The notes: generated from the sequence alone by a model not told the origin. 64,000 nt of DNA from an uncultured Eubacteriales bacterium (GCA_964419515.1 CAYQPJ010000008.1:33-64032), one strand, 5' to 3'. Positions 46,111 to 55,435 are shown, counted from the first letter of the stretch. Translations and numbers: made by a program.

Positions 46111-48357
46111 ATGAGAAATATTGTAAATATCAATAAGGATTGGATTTTCAAAAAGCAAGATACCGAGTGCACGGTCGATTTGCCGCACACCTGGAACGGC
46201 ACAGACGGGCAGGATGGCGGTAACGATTATTACCGCGGCTTGTGCACATATGAAAAAACGCTTTTAAAAAGCGAGCTTCCCGAGGGGGATGAGCTTTACC
46301 TTCAAATAGACGGTGCGAACTCTTCGGCGACGGTTTATTTTAACGGCGAAAGAGTAGTGCACCATAACGGCGGCTATCAGACCTTCAGAGTACAGCTTGA
46401 AAATATTGAGGATAATAATCTTTTAAAAATAGAGGTTGACAATTCACCGAATGACACGGTTTATCCGCAGATGGCGGACTTTACCTTTTACGGCGGGCTT
46501 TACAGAGATGTAAGCCTTATAGGTGTTAATAAAAAGCATTTTGAGTTGCTTTACTACGGTACACCCGGTCTTAAAATTACGCCCGAAAAAAACGGCGATG
46601 CATTCGAGGTTCGTGTTAAGGCGTATTGCGAGGGCGAGGTGGAGTTTACCGTAAGCGACGGAGAAGCTTCGGTAGGTAAGGCGAGGGCTTCCGGTAAAAA
46701 TCCTGAGGCTGTAATTAAAATAGAAAATCCGCACCTTTGGCACGGAACGAGGGACCCGTTTCTTTACACCGTAACGGCGACGCTTTTTGAAAACGGAGCT
46801 GCCGTAGATGAGGTTTCTTTGAAAACGGGACTCAGAACCTTCGAAATTGATCCCGAAAGAGGCTTTATTTTAAACGGCGAGGAATACCCGTTAAGGGGTG
46901 TTGCGCGCCATCAGGACAGACCCGAAATAGGAAATGCGCTCGACTTTTCGCACCATAAGGAGGATATTGATCTTATTTGCGAAATGGGCGCAAATACCGT
47001 AAGGCTTGCGCATTATCAGCATTCGCAAATGTTTTATGACCTGTGTGACGAGCGCGGACTTGCTGTTTGGGCGGAAATTCCGTATATTTCAAAGCATATG
47101 AAAAACGGTGTCGAAAATACCGTGGAGCAAATGAAAGAGCTTGTAATTCAAAATTACAATCACCCTTCAATTGTTGTTTGGGGACTTTCAAACGAGATTT
47201 CAATGAACGGCTCGGATGAGTCGGTTGTTGAAAATCACAGGCTTTTGCAAAAAACCGTAAAAGAGCTTGACAAAACAAGACCTACTACCGTTGCGGCGGT
47301 TACTATGTGCAGTCCCGATGACCCGTATCTTAAAATAAGCGATGTGCTTTCCTTTAACCATTACTTCGGCTGGTACGGCGGTAACGTGAATATGTACGGA
47401 CCGTGGTTTGACGAGTTTCATAAAAAACACCCGAGCAGAGCGGTGGGCCTCAGCGAATACGGCTGTGAGGCGCTTAATTGGCATACCTCATCGCCCGAGC
47501 AGGGTGACTATACCGAGGAATATCAGGCATATTATCATGAGGAATTGATAAAGCAAATTTCAAAGCGAAAATATCTTTGGGCGACGCACGTTTGGAATAT
47601 GTTTGATTTTGCCGCCGATGCACGAGCCGAGGGCGGCGAAAACGGAATGAACCATAAGGGGCTCGTTTCGTTTGACAGAAGCTATAAAAAGGACAGCTTT
47701 TATGCGTATAAATGCTGGCTTTCAAGCGAACCAACCCTGCACATTTGTTCAAAGCGCTATGTTGAGAGGTGCGAGGCGGTAACGGAGGTTAAGGTATATT
47801 CAAACCTTGACGAGGTAGAGCTTTTTGTAAACGGTGAAAGCGTGGGTAAGCAGAAAAAAGGCGAGCTCCCGTTCTTTACCTTTAAAATCAAAAACGAGGG
47901 CGAGTCGCACATTACGGCTAAGGCGGGAGAGCTTGAGGACAAGGCGTTTATTAAAAAAACAGATACCTTTAACGAAGGCTACCGGATGAAGGAAGAGGGC
48001 GCCGTTATAAATTGGTTTGAAATTGATACACCGACGGGCTATTTTTCAATAAACGACACGCTTGGTGACATTTTAAAAACCTTTAAGGGCAAGCTGTTTC
48101 TTGTCTCAATGCTTTTAAAGCTTAAAAAGGCTCTCACAGGCGACAAAAGGACAACCTCCGAGAAGGGCGAAAAATCCGAGGGCGGTATGAGTATTGCGGG
48201 CTTTTCCGTGAACAAAACAATGATTGACCTTGCAAAGGGCTTTACCGTAAAACGTATTTTTATGATGCTCGGCGGGAAATTCACAAAAGAGCAAATTCTT
48301 GAGATTAACAGGAAGCTCAATAAAATAAAAAAAAGGCGTAAGAGCCGCCGAGTTTGA
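46111..48357 (+). CDS. Glycoside hydrolase family 2 enzyme (beta-galactosidase/glucuronidase-like)
   Basis: DWIFKK...LPHTWN start, acid/base WGLSNE, nucleophile region GLSEYGCEA. Located directly after the GPH transporter. Confidence 0.85.
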   Translation: MRNIVNINKDWIFKKQDTECTVDLPHTWNGTDGQDGGNDYYRGLCTYEKTLLKSELPEGDELYLQIDGANSSATVYFNGERVVHHNGGYQTFRVQLENIEDNNLLKIEVDNSPNDTVYPQMADFTFYGGLYRDVSLIGVNKKHFELLYYGTPGLKITPEKNGDAFEVRVKAYCEGEVEFTVSDGEASVGKARASGKNPEAVIKIENPHLWHGTRDPFLYTVTATLFENGAAVDEVSLKTGLRTFEIDPERGFILNGEEYPLRGVARHQDRPEIGNALDFSHHKEDIDLICEMGANTVRLAHYQHSQMFYDLCDERGLAVWAEIPYISKHMKNGVENTVEQMKELVIQNYNHPSIVVWGLSNEISMNGSDESVVENHRLLQKTVKELDKTRPTTVAAVTMCSPDDPYLKISDVLSFNHYFGWYGGNVNMYGPWFDEFHKKHPSRAVGLSEYGCEALNWHTSSPEQGDYTEEYQAYYHEELIKQISKRKYLWATHVWNMFDFAADARAEGGENGMNHKGLVSFDRSYKKDSFYAYKCWLSSEPTLHICSKRYVERCEAVTEVKVYSNLDEVELFVNGESVGKQKKGELPFFTFKIKNEGESHITAKAGELEDKAFIKKTDTFNEGYRMKEEGAVINWFEIDTPTGYFSINDTLGDILKTFKGKLFLVSMLLKLKKALTGDKRTTSEKGEKSEGGMSIAGFSVNKTMIDLAKGFTVKRIFMMLGGKFTKEQILEINRKLNKIKKRRKSRRV

Positions 48358-48365
48358 AAATGCTA

Positions 48366-48865
48366 ATGAATGGCTTTATTTGTCGGGCATTGTTTCTCAC
48401 AATATATAAGGCGGAGCAAATTAAAAAGCCTCTTGAAAATTACCGAGACATAGATTTATTTAAAGTATACGTTTCGGTTTTGGGGCTTCTTTCGGCAAAA
48501 AAATCGGAGCCGTGGTATGTGCTTTACCGCACGGAAGAAATAAACGGTTTTAAAGTCGGTATGGTTGAAAATTACGTTAATACCTCGCTTGCGGCAAACG
48601 GTTAGAAAACATTTTATTGGGAGTCCGAGTGCGGGCCGAGGCGGATTTTATTATTCAGCGAAACGGCAGGCTTATTTCGATAGAGGTAAGGTCTGCAGAC
48701 AATACCCGCGCAAAAAGTCTTAAGCTATATATTGAATTGTTTAAACCCGATTGCGCAATAAAGTTGTCCTCAAAAAAATCGGCTTTGAAAAAATATCAAA
48801 ACAGTACCCGCTTTACGCCGTGTTTTGTATTTAAAAGCATAGCTTTACGTTGCTTTTTTCGGTAG
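48366..48865 (+). pseudogene. Remnant of an AAA+/DUF4143 ATPase gene (C-terminal part only, internal stop plus frameshift)
   Basis: The two track ORFs (48354-48605 and 48617-48865, in different frames) read ..DIDLFKVYVSVLGLLS..VENYVNTSLAANG* and ..AEADFIIQRNGRLISIEVRSADNTRAKSLKLY. These match the DUF4143 tail (AEVDFxI...IPIEVKS). The AAA domain is absent. Confidence 0.65.
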
Positions 48866-49687
48866 TAAAACAATAGGAAAATCCTCTTTTTCTTCTTTTG
48901 CCGCGTTTTCAAATACCGCATTTATAACAAAGCGTGCTTTTGAAAGCTTGTAATAAGGTACAACGTAAAAAACGGGTAAAAGCAATAAGCAGGAAAAAAA
49001 CCATCCCGAAAAACCGAGCTTTAAAAAAAGTGCTCTTTTTATGGCGCTGTCCGTAAAAAGAACGCTTTTTTCTATTGCTTTTTTTGCGGGAAGCTCTTCA
49101 AGGCACATATAGTAAGGCGCAGCCTCGTAGCGAAAGCCGCAAACGGAGTAAAATGCCAATCCCGTTAAAAGGAGAGCAACTGTTCCGCCTAAAAGCGTGT
49201 AAAATGCGGGCATTGTCAAAACAGCGCTTTTGTACAGTAATAATACAGAGTAGCCGCAAATTGCCGACGGTAAAAGGAAGAATAAGAGCCACATCAATTT
49301 GAAAAAGCTTATTTTACAGTAAAGAGAAAAGGCTCTTGCCGCTTTTTTCGGTGAAAGAAAACGGAATAAAAGCGAAAATGAGCCGTGCTCGCCGGCGGCT
49401 CTTTTAAAATAAACAAAGCTTTCACCGAGCTTTATTCCGAAAATAAGAAGAAAAGCGGCAATTCTTAATATGTTTAAGGCGAAAAGCGCGAGAAAATATG
49501 CAAGGTATTTGTCGGTTTGCATTGAAAATGCCTTAAAATAATCTGAGGTGAGAAAAAGGTGTGAAAACAGCGCGACTGCGGCAATAAGCGCCGCTTTTAA
49601 GGCAAGGCTTAAAAGGGAAACGAAAAAAAGCCTTAAGGTGTTGCTTTGAAGAAGCTTTTTTGAATAAAGCTTAGTGTCTGTAATCAT
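48845..49687 (-). CDS. Polytopic membrane protein, function unknown
   Basis: About six hydrophobic segments. ATG 49687 lies 7 nt after GGAGA. Confidence 0.55.
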   Translation of the reverse strand: MITDTKLYSKKLLQSNTLRLFFVSLLSLALKAALIAAVALFSHLFLTSDYFKAFSMQTDKYLAYFLALFALNILRIAAFLLIFGIKLGESFVYFKRAAGEHGSFSLLFRFLSPKKAARAFSLYCKISFFKLMWLLFFLLPSAICGYSVLLLYKSAVLTMPAFYTLLGGTVALLLTGLAFYSVCGFRYEAAPYYMCLEELPAKKAIEKSVLFTDSAIKRALFLKLGFSGWFFSCLLLLPVFYVVPYYKLSKARFVINAVFENAAKEEKEDFPIVLLPKKAT

Positions 49688-49750
49688 TAAATCATCTCCG
49701 AAAAAAATATGACCGCGCGACAAAGCCACGCAGTCATATTATTGACGGTT

Positions 49751-51229
49751 TTATTGCTTAATATGCCTTTTTATGTTTTCGAGTACATAATATGGGATTG
49801 AAATATTGTCGCGTCCGACACCTATTTTCACCTCGGGCTTAATATCTCCGTGAAAATCCGAGCCGCCGGCAAAAACGAGACCCAGACGGTACGCAAGCGT
49901 GCGGTATTCGGATATTTGCTCCTCGGTGTATTCGGGGTAGTAGCCTTCTATTCCGGTAAGGCCGTACTGCTTCATTTTTGAAAGAAGCGTGTAAAGCTCT
50001 TCGCTCGTGTAGCCGGTTTGGTTAAGGTGGGCGAGAAACGAGCAGCCTCCTGCGGCGCTTATAGCCGTAATTGCGCTTTCAACGGTAAGCTCTTTTTTTG
50101 CGGAGTAGGCGGGCTTTCCTATGCCTATGTATTTATCGAACGCCTCGCTTACCGAGTTTACAAAGCCTTTTTCAATCATAACCCTTGCAATATGCGCTCT
50201 TCCCACAAAGTCGCCGCCGGCATTTTTTTGAGCCTCCTCGTAGGAAACAGGAAGTGAAAGTGACGTGAGCTTTTCGCAAATGTCTGTCATACGCCTTTTG
50301 CGACTTCCTATAAGCTCATTTATTGTTTCAAGTAATACAGGACTTTCGGGGTTTAAAAACAAGCCGATTATATGAAGCTCTGTTTCGGCGGCAACCGAAA
50401 ACTCAATTCCCGGAATAAGCTCAAAGCCTATTTCCTTTGCGGTTTCAAGTGCTTCTTTTATGCCGTTTACGGAGTCGTGATCGGTAAGTGCCATTGCCGA
50501 AAGCCCGTTTTTTTTCGCGTGTAGAACAAGCTCTCTCGGAGTAAGCGTTCCGTCGGAGCGCGTTGAGTGGCAGTGAAGGTCGATTTTTCTGTCGTCGTGA
50601 ATAATGCTTTCAACCTCATAAAGTGAGTCTGCAACGTAACAGCCGCTCGGTAAAAGAAGCTTTTTTCCCTGGTGCCCGTATGAAAGAAGCACACAGTCTA
50701 TTCCGAGGGCGTAAGCCGTTTCAAGGTCGTGAAGAGTGTCGCCCACAAAAAGGGCTTCACTCTGCTTTATGCCTTGTGACTTGAAAAAATCAAGTGCGCG
50801 TGCGGTTTTGCTTTCTGCAAAATTATTTTCCGCGCCGAGAATAGCCTCGAAATATTCGCTTATACCGTAGTGTTTTGTAAGCGCTGTAACCTCGTTTGTG
50901 TGAGAGGCAGTTATAATGTAATGTCTTGCGCCGCCGTCCTTTAAACGTGAAAGCATGCCTTTTGCGCCGCTTGCAAGGTGTGTTTCGTTTATGTGACGGT
51001 CATAATCACTGTGAAAGTCAGCGGAAATTGCATTAAAATCAAGTTCCTCGGGCGGTAAAATATGACGGTAAAAGCCTATTATGGGTGTTTCGATGTAGTC
51101 GTAATACTGCGTAAGCGTAATAGGTTCGCGCCCTTTTCGCCCGAGCATATCGTTTACGCACGAAAGGGCGTTGCCCACATCGTCTATAAGTGTGCCGTTC
51201 CAATCCCAAAAAATATGCTTGTATCTCAT
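49751..51229 (-). CDS. Fusion protein: N-terminal HAD-superfamily hydrolase and C-terminal PHP-domain phosphoesterase (TrpH/YciV-like)
   Basis: HAD motif I reads FWDWNGTLIDD and motif IV VGDTLHD. PHP motifs IDLHCHSTRSDG, ALTDHDS and a C-terminal GGSDFHG. Confidence 0.75.
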   Translation of the reverse strand: MRYKHIFWDWNGTLIDDVGNALSCVNDMLGRKGREPITLTQYYDYIETPIIGFYRHILPPEELDFNAISADFHSDYDRHINETHLASGAKGMLSRLKDGGARHYIITASHTNEVTALTKHYGISEYFEAILGAENNFAESKTARALDFFKSQGIKQSEALFVGDTLHDLETAYALGIDCVLLSYGHQGKKLLLPSGCYVADSLYEVESIIHDDRKIDLHCHSTRSDGTLTPRELVLHAKKNGLSAMALTDHDSVNGIKEALETAKEIGFELIPGIEFSVAAETELHIIGLFLNPESPVLLETINELIGSRKRRMTDICEKLTSLSLPVSYEEAQKNAGGDFVGRAHIARVMIEKGFVNSVSEAFDKYIGIGKPAYSAKKELTVESAITAISAAGGCSFLAHLNQTGYTSEELYTLLSKMKQYGLTGIEGYYPEYTEEQISEYRTLAYRLGLVFAGGSDFHGDIKPEVKIGVGRDNISIPYYVLENIKRHIKQ

Positions 51230-51286
51230 AAACTCACCCTTTAAAGTTTTTTATAAATATACCATACATAAGGCGCCGTGTCAAAG

Positions 51287-51559
51287 CTATTTAATAAGAA
51301 AAGCCATTGTCATTCCCAAGGCAATTCCCAAAACCGAAAATGAGGCGGCATAAAGAAGTTTTTTCAGTGCAAACTGCCTTTTTTCGCGGTTTGTTTTAGG
51401 CGGCGCACCGATTTCGGAAAGCTCCTTTTTTGCGCTCTCTCTCAAGCGCCCTTCCGAAAATCCGGAATACTCGGGCTTTACAAAAAAAATCGCTTTTTCA
51501 AAAAAAACGTTTTCCCGGTCGTTTATTTCGAGAACCTGTTTATTTACTCCCTTTATCAT
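51287..51559 (-). CDS. Small C-terminally membrane-anchored protein, conserved hypothetical
   Basis: 90 aa with the single TM segment LLYAASFSVLGIALGMTMAFLI at the C-terminus. Confidence 0.4.
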   Translation of the reverse strand: MIKGVNKQVLEINDRENVFFEKAIFFVKPEYSGFSEGRLRESAKKELSEIGAPPKTNREKRQFALKKLLYAASFSVLGIALGMTMAFLIK

Positions 51560-52030
51560 TTTTAAAACCTTCCTTTTTAAAATTTAAAATGTCCTCAAAC
51601 AGTATATTGTTCGTATTTCGAAAATTTATTCGCGTCTCTTTTAACGGGGGCTTCGGCAAAATGATGAATTGGAAAATTATACTAATTGTATAACAGAAAG
51701 AGCCTCTGAAAATGTTCAAAACTTTGTAGAAACTGTTTATAACTCGCGTTGTAAACGGCTATGTTAAAGGGTTTTCGACAATTTCTTCTGTTTTTTCTAC
51801 AAAAAAATCGGCTTGAAAAAATATACTGAATGTTTTACAGACTTTACAATTATACTTAAAGTCGATTTTTAAAATTGCATTTTCACACAAAAAATTTGTT
51901 GAATTTTAACAGAGAAAAATATAACAAAAAGAGCTGTGGCTTACTGTTGAAAACAGAGAAAAATAAGTTTGTTGAAATTTACTCTTGACAGAGCGTGGGC
52001 GTTATTTTTTAATATTTTCGGTGATTGATT

Positions 52031-52846
52031 ATGAAGGTAATACCCAACGGTGATAATATTGTTTTAACGGGTGTTAAGGATTTTGATGCGAAGCTCACGC
52101 TCGACTGCGGCCAGGCGTTTAGGTGGCGTGCGCGAGACGGAGGCTTTTCGGGAGTCGCCTTCGGAAGGTATCTTTTTTTAACTCAAAAGGGCGATGAGGT
52201 TACTCTTTACAACACAACTCTCGATGATTACGAGTGTATTTGGCGGCGGTACTTTGATTTTGACCGCGACTACGGTGAAATAATACGCGGCTACAATGAC
52301 GAATATTTGAAAACAGCCTGCAAGGAATATCCCGGAATCAGGATTTTGCGCCAGGAGCCGTGGGAGACGGTTTGTTCGTTTATAATTTCGGCAAACAACA
52401 ATATACCGCGCATTAAAGGTATTATAGAACGCCTTTGCGAGTGTTACGGTGAAAAAATCGGTGGGGGCTATGCCTTTCCAGAGGCGTGTACTCTTGCCGA
52501 GCTTTCCCCGGAGGCTTTGGCGCCGGTGAAAGCGGGCTTCAGAGCAAAATACATTATAGATGCGGCACAAAAATTTACAAGCGGTGAGGTTGACCCTAAA
52601 AGAATAGAGGGTGCCGATTTTGAAACGGCAAAGGAAGAGCTTTTAAAAATAAAGGGAGTCGGCGAAAAGGTGGCGCAATGCGCGCTTCTTTACGGCTTCG
52701 GCAGGGTAGAGGCTTTTCCGCGGGATGTATGGGTAAAAAGGATTGAGTCGGAGCTTTATCCCGAGGGGCTTCCCGAGTGTATTAAGGGTACCGAGGGGAT
52801 TGCACAGCAATATCTTTTTCATTGGCGGCGTTCTCTCGGTGATTGA
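52031..52846 (+). CDS. ogg: 8-oxoguanine DNA glycosylase / HhH-GPD family base-excision enzyme (Ogg type)
   Basis: LDCGQAFRW N-domain motif. HhH-GPD region LKIKGVGEKVAQCALLYGFGRVEAFPRDVWV. Confidence 0.8.
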   Translation: MKVIPNGDNIVLTGVKDFDAKLTLDCGQAFRWRARDGGFSGVAFGRYLFLTQKGDEVTLYNTTLDDYECIWRRYFDFDRDYGEIIRGYNDEYLKTACKEYPGIRILRQEPWETVCSFIISANNNIPRIKGIIERLCECYGEKIGGGYAFPEACTLAELSPEALAPVKAGFRAKYIIDAAQKFTSGEVDPKRIEGADFETAKEELLKIKGVGEKVAQCALLYGFGRVEAFPRDVWVKRIESELYPEGLPECIKGTEGIAQQYLFHWRRSLGD

Positions 52847-53049
52847 TTTTTGTTTTGATAATTGATTTGTCGATTTCAAAAGCAAATTATTAATATTTTA
52901 TGAAATTTCTTAAGTTCTCTTAATTTTTTTGAAAGAAAAAGTGATAAAGCTATTGATTTTTTCAAAAAAACATAGTAATATAAGAGAGAACAAAGCGACA
53001 GAGGGTTTTTCACTGTTGCGGTTTAAAATTTTAAAAGGAGTTTTTACAA

Positions 53050-53646
53050 ATGAAAAAAGCATTAGCAGTTCTTTTGAGCGTACTTATGCTCTTAAGCGTT
53101 GTAGGCGTTTCCGCTTTTGCAGCAGATGAGCCCGTAGCACCGACAGTTCTTCATATCTGCCCCAATCGTGAGGTAGTTATTCCCGAGCTTGATGGCGCAA
53201 CAGATGCCTATTTACTCATCAAGGCAGCTGATTCCGAGGACTTCGTTCATTATGAAAGCGATTTTGTTTTCACAGAGCCTGTAGAGGGAACAGAAGAGGA
53301 TATGCCCGTTCAGCTTGACGGCGCTATTCTTAAGTTCGCTTATGTTGTAGACGGCAATACCGTTCTTTCCGATGAGTTCGTTATCGAGCTTTGCCACGTA
53401 GCTGTTGAGCCTTATCAGTATGATGATCTTTATCATTGGAACGTTTGCTCTCTTTGCGGCGATTCTTATGACAAAGAGCTTCACAGCTATAATCTTGTTG
53501 ACGAGGGTATTGAGCACTCTTGCGCTGTATGCGGTGCCGAAGAGCCCACAGACAAGTTCGAGACAGCTTCTGTTATTACCGGTGTTTTTGCTAAGATGAT
53601 GGCAATTCTTGAGGTTCTTATGTCTTTTCTCGGCGGCCTCTTTTAA
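53050..53646 (+). CDS. Secreted or anchored hypothetical protein with two CxxC pairs
   Basis: Signal peptide MKKALAVLLSVLMLLSVVGVSAFA, CSLCG...CAVCG, and a hydrophobic C-terminal tail. Confidence 0.55.
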   Translation: MKKALAVLLSVLMLLSVVGVSAFAADEPVAPTVLHICPNREVVIPELDGATDAYLLIKAADSEDFVHYESDFVFTEPVEGTEEDMPVQLDGAILKFAYVVDGNTVLSDEFVIELCHVAVEPYQYDDLYHWNVCSLCGDSYDKELHSYNLVDEGIEHSCAVCGAEEPTDKFETASVITGVFAKMMAILEVLMSFLGGLF

Positions 53647-53679
53647 GCTGTAATTAAAAAATTGAATTTTTGATTTTCG

Positions 53680-53714
53680 TTCGGCTTTCGCTTTTTTGCG
53701 AAAGCCGAATTTTT
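53680..53714 (+). terminator. Intrinsic terminator after 53050-53646
   Basis: TTCGGCTTTCGC-tttttt-GCGAAAGCCGAA followed by TTTTT. Confidence 0.85.
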
Positions 53715-53715
53715 C

Positions 53716-53744
53716 TTGACAAAAAGAATAAATGGATATATTAT
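53716..53744 (+). promoter_or_regulatory. Candidate sigma-70 promoter of the mgtE leader
   Basis: TTGACA (53716-53721), 17-nt spacer, TATTAT (53739-53744). Confidence 0.6.
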
Positions 53745-53750
53745 ATCAAG

Positions 53751-54067
53751 GACGGGAAACGGAGCTTTGAAATTTTGTTCCCGCTTTACCGTTAAAGGAA
53801 TTTTTTTAATATTCCCCCAAAAAATACAAAAGGAAGTGAACAGACGATGGATTCCGGCAGTAGCAGCGGACATGGGCGAAGTAGCTTAAATTTTAATATC
53901 GGTAATATTGAAGAACCGCCGGCATCTGTGGCTGTTCATTGTTTTTGCGCTTTGCGCTTAAATAAGATGTACCGATAGGAGAATGTGAGCTTTTCACATC
54001 TCCTTTTTTCCCATGTCTTATACTCTGTCAACGCCTTAAAGCATTTTTTTGAAAAGAGGTAAGACAA
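53751..54067 (+). promoter_or_regulatory. Long structured 5' leader of mgtE ending in an intrinsic terminator (53978-54009); candidate riboswitch or attenuator of unassigned class
   Basis: Hairpins CGGGAAC...GTTCCCG and GGAAT...ATTCC, plus the terminator GGAGAATGTGA-gctt-TCACATCTCC followed by TTTTTT, 58 nt before the mgtE ATG. No room for a separate promoter after the terminator. Confidence 0.5.
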
Positions 54068-55420
54068 ATGAACAAGGAAATATTCGAAAGACTGCTTCTT
54101 GAAAAGCAGTACAAGGCAATTAAAAGCATTTTTGACACACTTGAGGCACCGGATATTGCGGAGCTTTTTCCGGAGCTTTCGGAAAAGGATATGGTTATTC
54201 TTTTCAGGCTTATTCCGAAGGAGCGCGCTGCCGAGGTATTTACATACCTTGAGCAGGAAGAAGAGGAGGTACTTCTTCTTGCACTTACGGATAGGGAAAT
54301 TAAAGGCATTATGGACGATATGTTCATTGACGATGCCGTAGACGTTATTGAAGAGATGCCGGCAAACGTTGTTGAGCGAATTCTTCGCCTTTCCGGTGAA
54401 AAGCGCGAGGCAATTAACACAATACTCAACTACCCCGAGGACAGTGCCGGAAGCATTATGACGCTTGAGTATATATCGCTTCTTCCTTCGATGACAATAG
54501 GTGATGCCCTGAAAAAGGTTAAAACCGCCGGAATACGCTCGGAGACGGTTTATACGTGCTACGTTGTTGAAAAGCACAAGCTTTTGGGCGTTATAACGGC
54601 AAAGGATCTTTTGACCTGCGATGATGAAGAGGTTATTGCGGAGGTTATGGAAAAAAACATTATTTCCGTAAAAACCCATACGGATAAAGAAGAGGTTGCG
54701 GCTGTATTCAGCAAATACGGCTTTTTGTCGCTTCCCGTTGTTGATAATGAATTTTGTATTGTCGGCATTGTAACCGTTGACGATGCTATTGACGTTTTGC
54801 AGGAGGAGGCGGAGGAGGACTTCCAAAAAATGGCGGCTATTACGCCTAACGACAAGCCTTATCTTCGTACAACGCCGTTTTCGATTTGGCGCTCGCGTAT
54901 ACCGTGGCTGTTGCTTCTTATGATTTCGGCAACCTTTACGGGGCTTATAATATCCTCCTTTGAGGATGCGCTTTCAAAGCTTGTTGTGCTCACGGCGTTT
55001 ATTCCCATGCTTATGGATACGGGCGGAAACTCCGGCGGTCAGGCCTCTGTTACGGTAATCCGCGGAATTTCTCTCGGAGAAATAGGCATAAAAGACATTT
55101 TTAAGGTAATGTGGAAGGAGCTTAGAGTGTCGCTCCTTTGCGGTGCAACGCTTTTTGTGGCTTCGTTTTTAAAGGTTGTTTTAATAGACGGCCTTTTAAT
55201 GGGGAATTCCGGTGTTACCTTAACGGTGGCGCTTGTTGTGGCGCTGACTCTTTGGGTAACGGTATTTTTCGCGAAGCTTATAGGCTGCTCGTTGCCGCTT
55301 ATTGCGAAAAAAATAGGTCTTGACCCGGCTGTTGTGGCAAGCCCGTTTATAACAACTATAGTGGATGCCGTTTCGCTTCTTGTATATTTCGGCTTTGCAA
55401 AGCTGTTTTTACCTATATAA
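54068..55420 (+). CDS. mgtE: Magnesium transporter MgtE
   Basis: N-domain, tandem CBS region (VVEKHKLLGVITAKDLL; LPVVDNEFCIVGIVTVDDAIDVL) and TM domain with PMLMDTGGNSGGQ. Confidence 0.95.
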   Translation: MNKEIFERLLLEKQYKAIKSIFDTLEAPDIAELFPELSEKDMVILFRLIPKERAAEVFTYLEQEEEEVLLLALTDREIKGIMDDMFIDDAVDVIEEMPANVVERILRLSGEKREAINTILNYPEDSAGSIMTLEYISLLPSMTIGDALKKVKTAGIRSETVYTCYVVEKHKLLGVITAKDLLTCDDEEVIAEVMEKNIISVKTHTDKEEVAAVFSKYGFLSLPVVDNEFCIVGIVTVDDAIDVLQEEAEEDFQKMAAITPNDKPYLRTTPFSIWRSRIPWLLLLMISATFTGLIISSFEDALSKLVVLTAFIPMLMDTGGNSGGQASVTVIRGISLGEIGIKDIFKVMWKELRVSLLCGATLFVASFLKVVLIDGLLMGNSGVTLTVALVVALTLWVTVFFAKLIGCSLPLIAKKIGLDPAVVASPFITTIVDAVSLLVYFGFAKLFLPI

Positions 55421-55435
55421 TAAAGGATGTTTTCA

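Noticed and set aside
53643-53873. 76-aa minus-strand ORF in the mgtE upstream region
   Set aside because: It runs through the terminator and promoter of the plus-strand genes, has no RBS, and has a hydrophobic/Lys-rich nonsense composition.
53751-54067. M-box (ykoK) Mg2+ riboswitch call for the mgtE leader
   Set aside because: This is the expected element at this position, but I could not find the conserved GUUAGGUGAGGC or GUGC.AAAGCUC.ACG cores on the sense strand. I therefore report only an unassigned leader with a terminator. A cmscan run is needed to settle it.
53936-54826. 296-aa minus-strand ORF (and 54028-54429, 54559-54855, 55039-55584) antisense to mgtE
   Set aside because: These lie entirely inside the clearly coding mgtE frame. 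Their composition is Arg/Lys/Asn/Phe-rich and low in complexity, as is typical of antisense read-through, and there is no RBS or recognisable motif.
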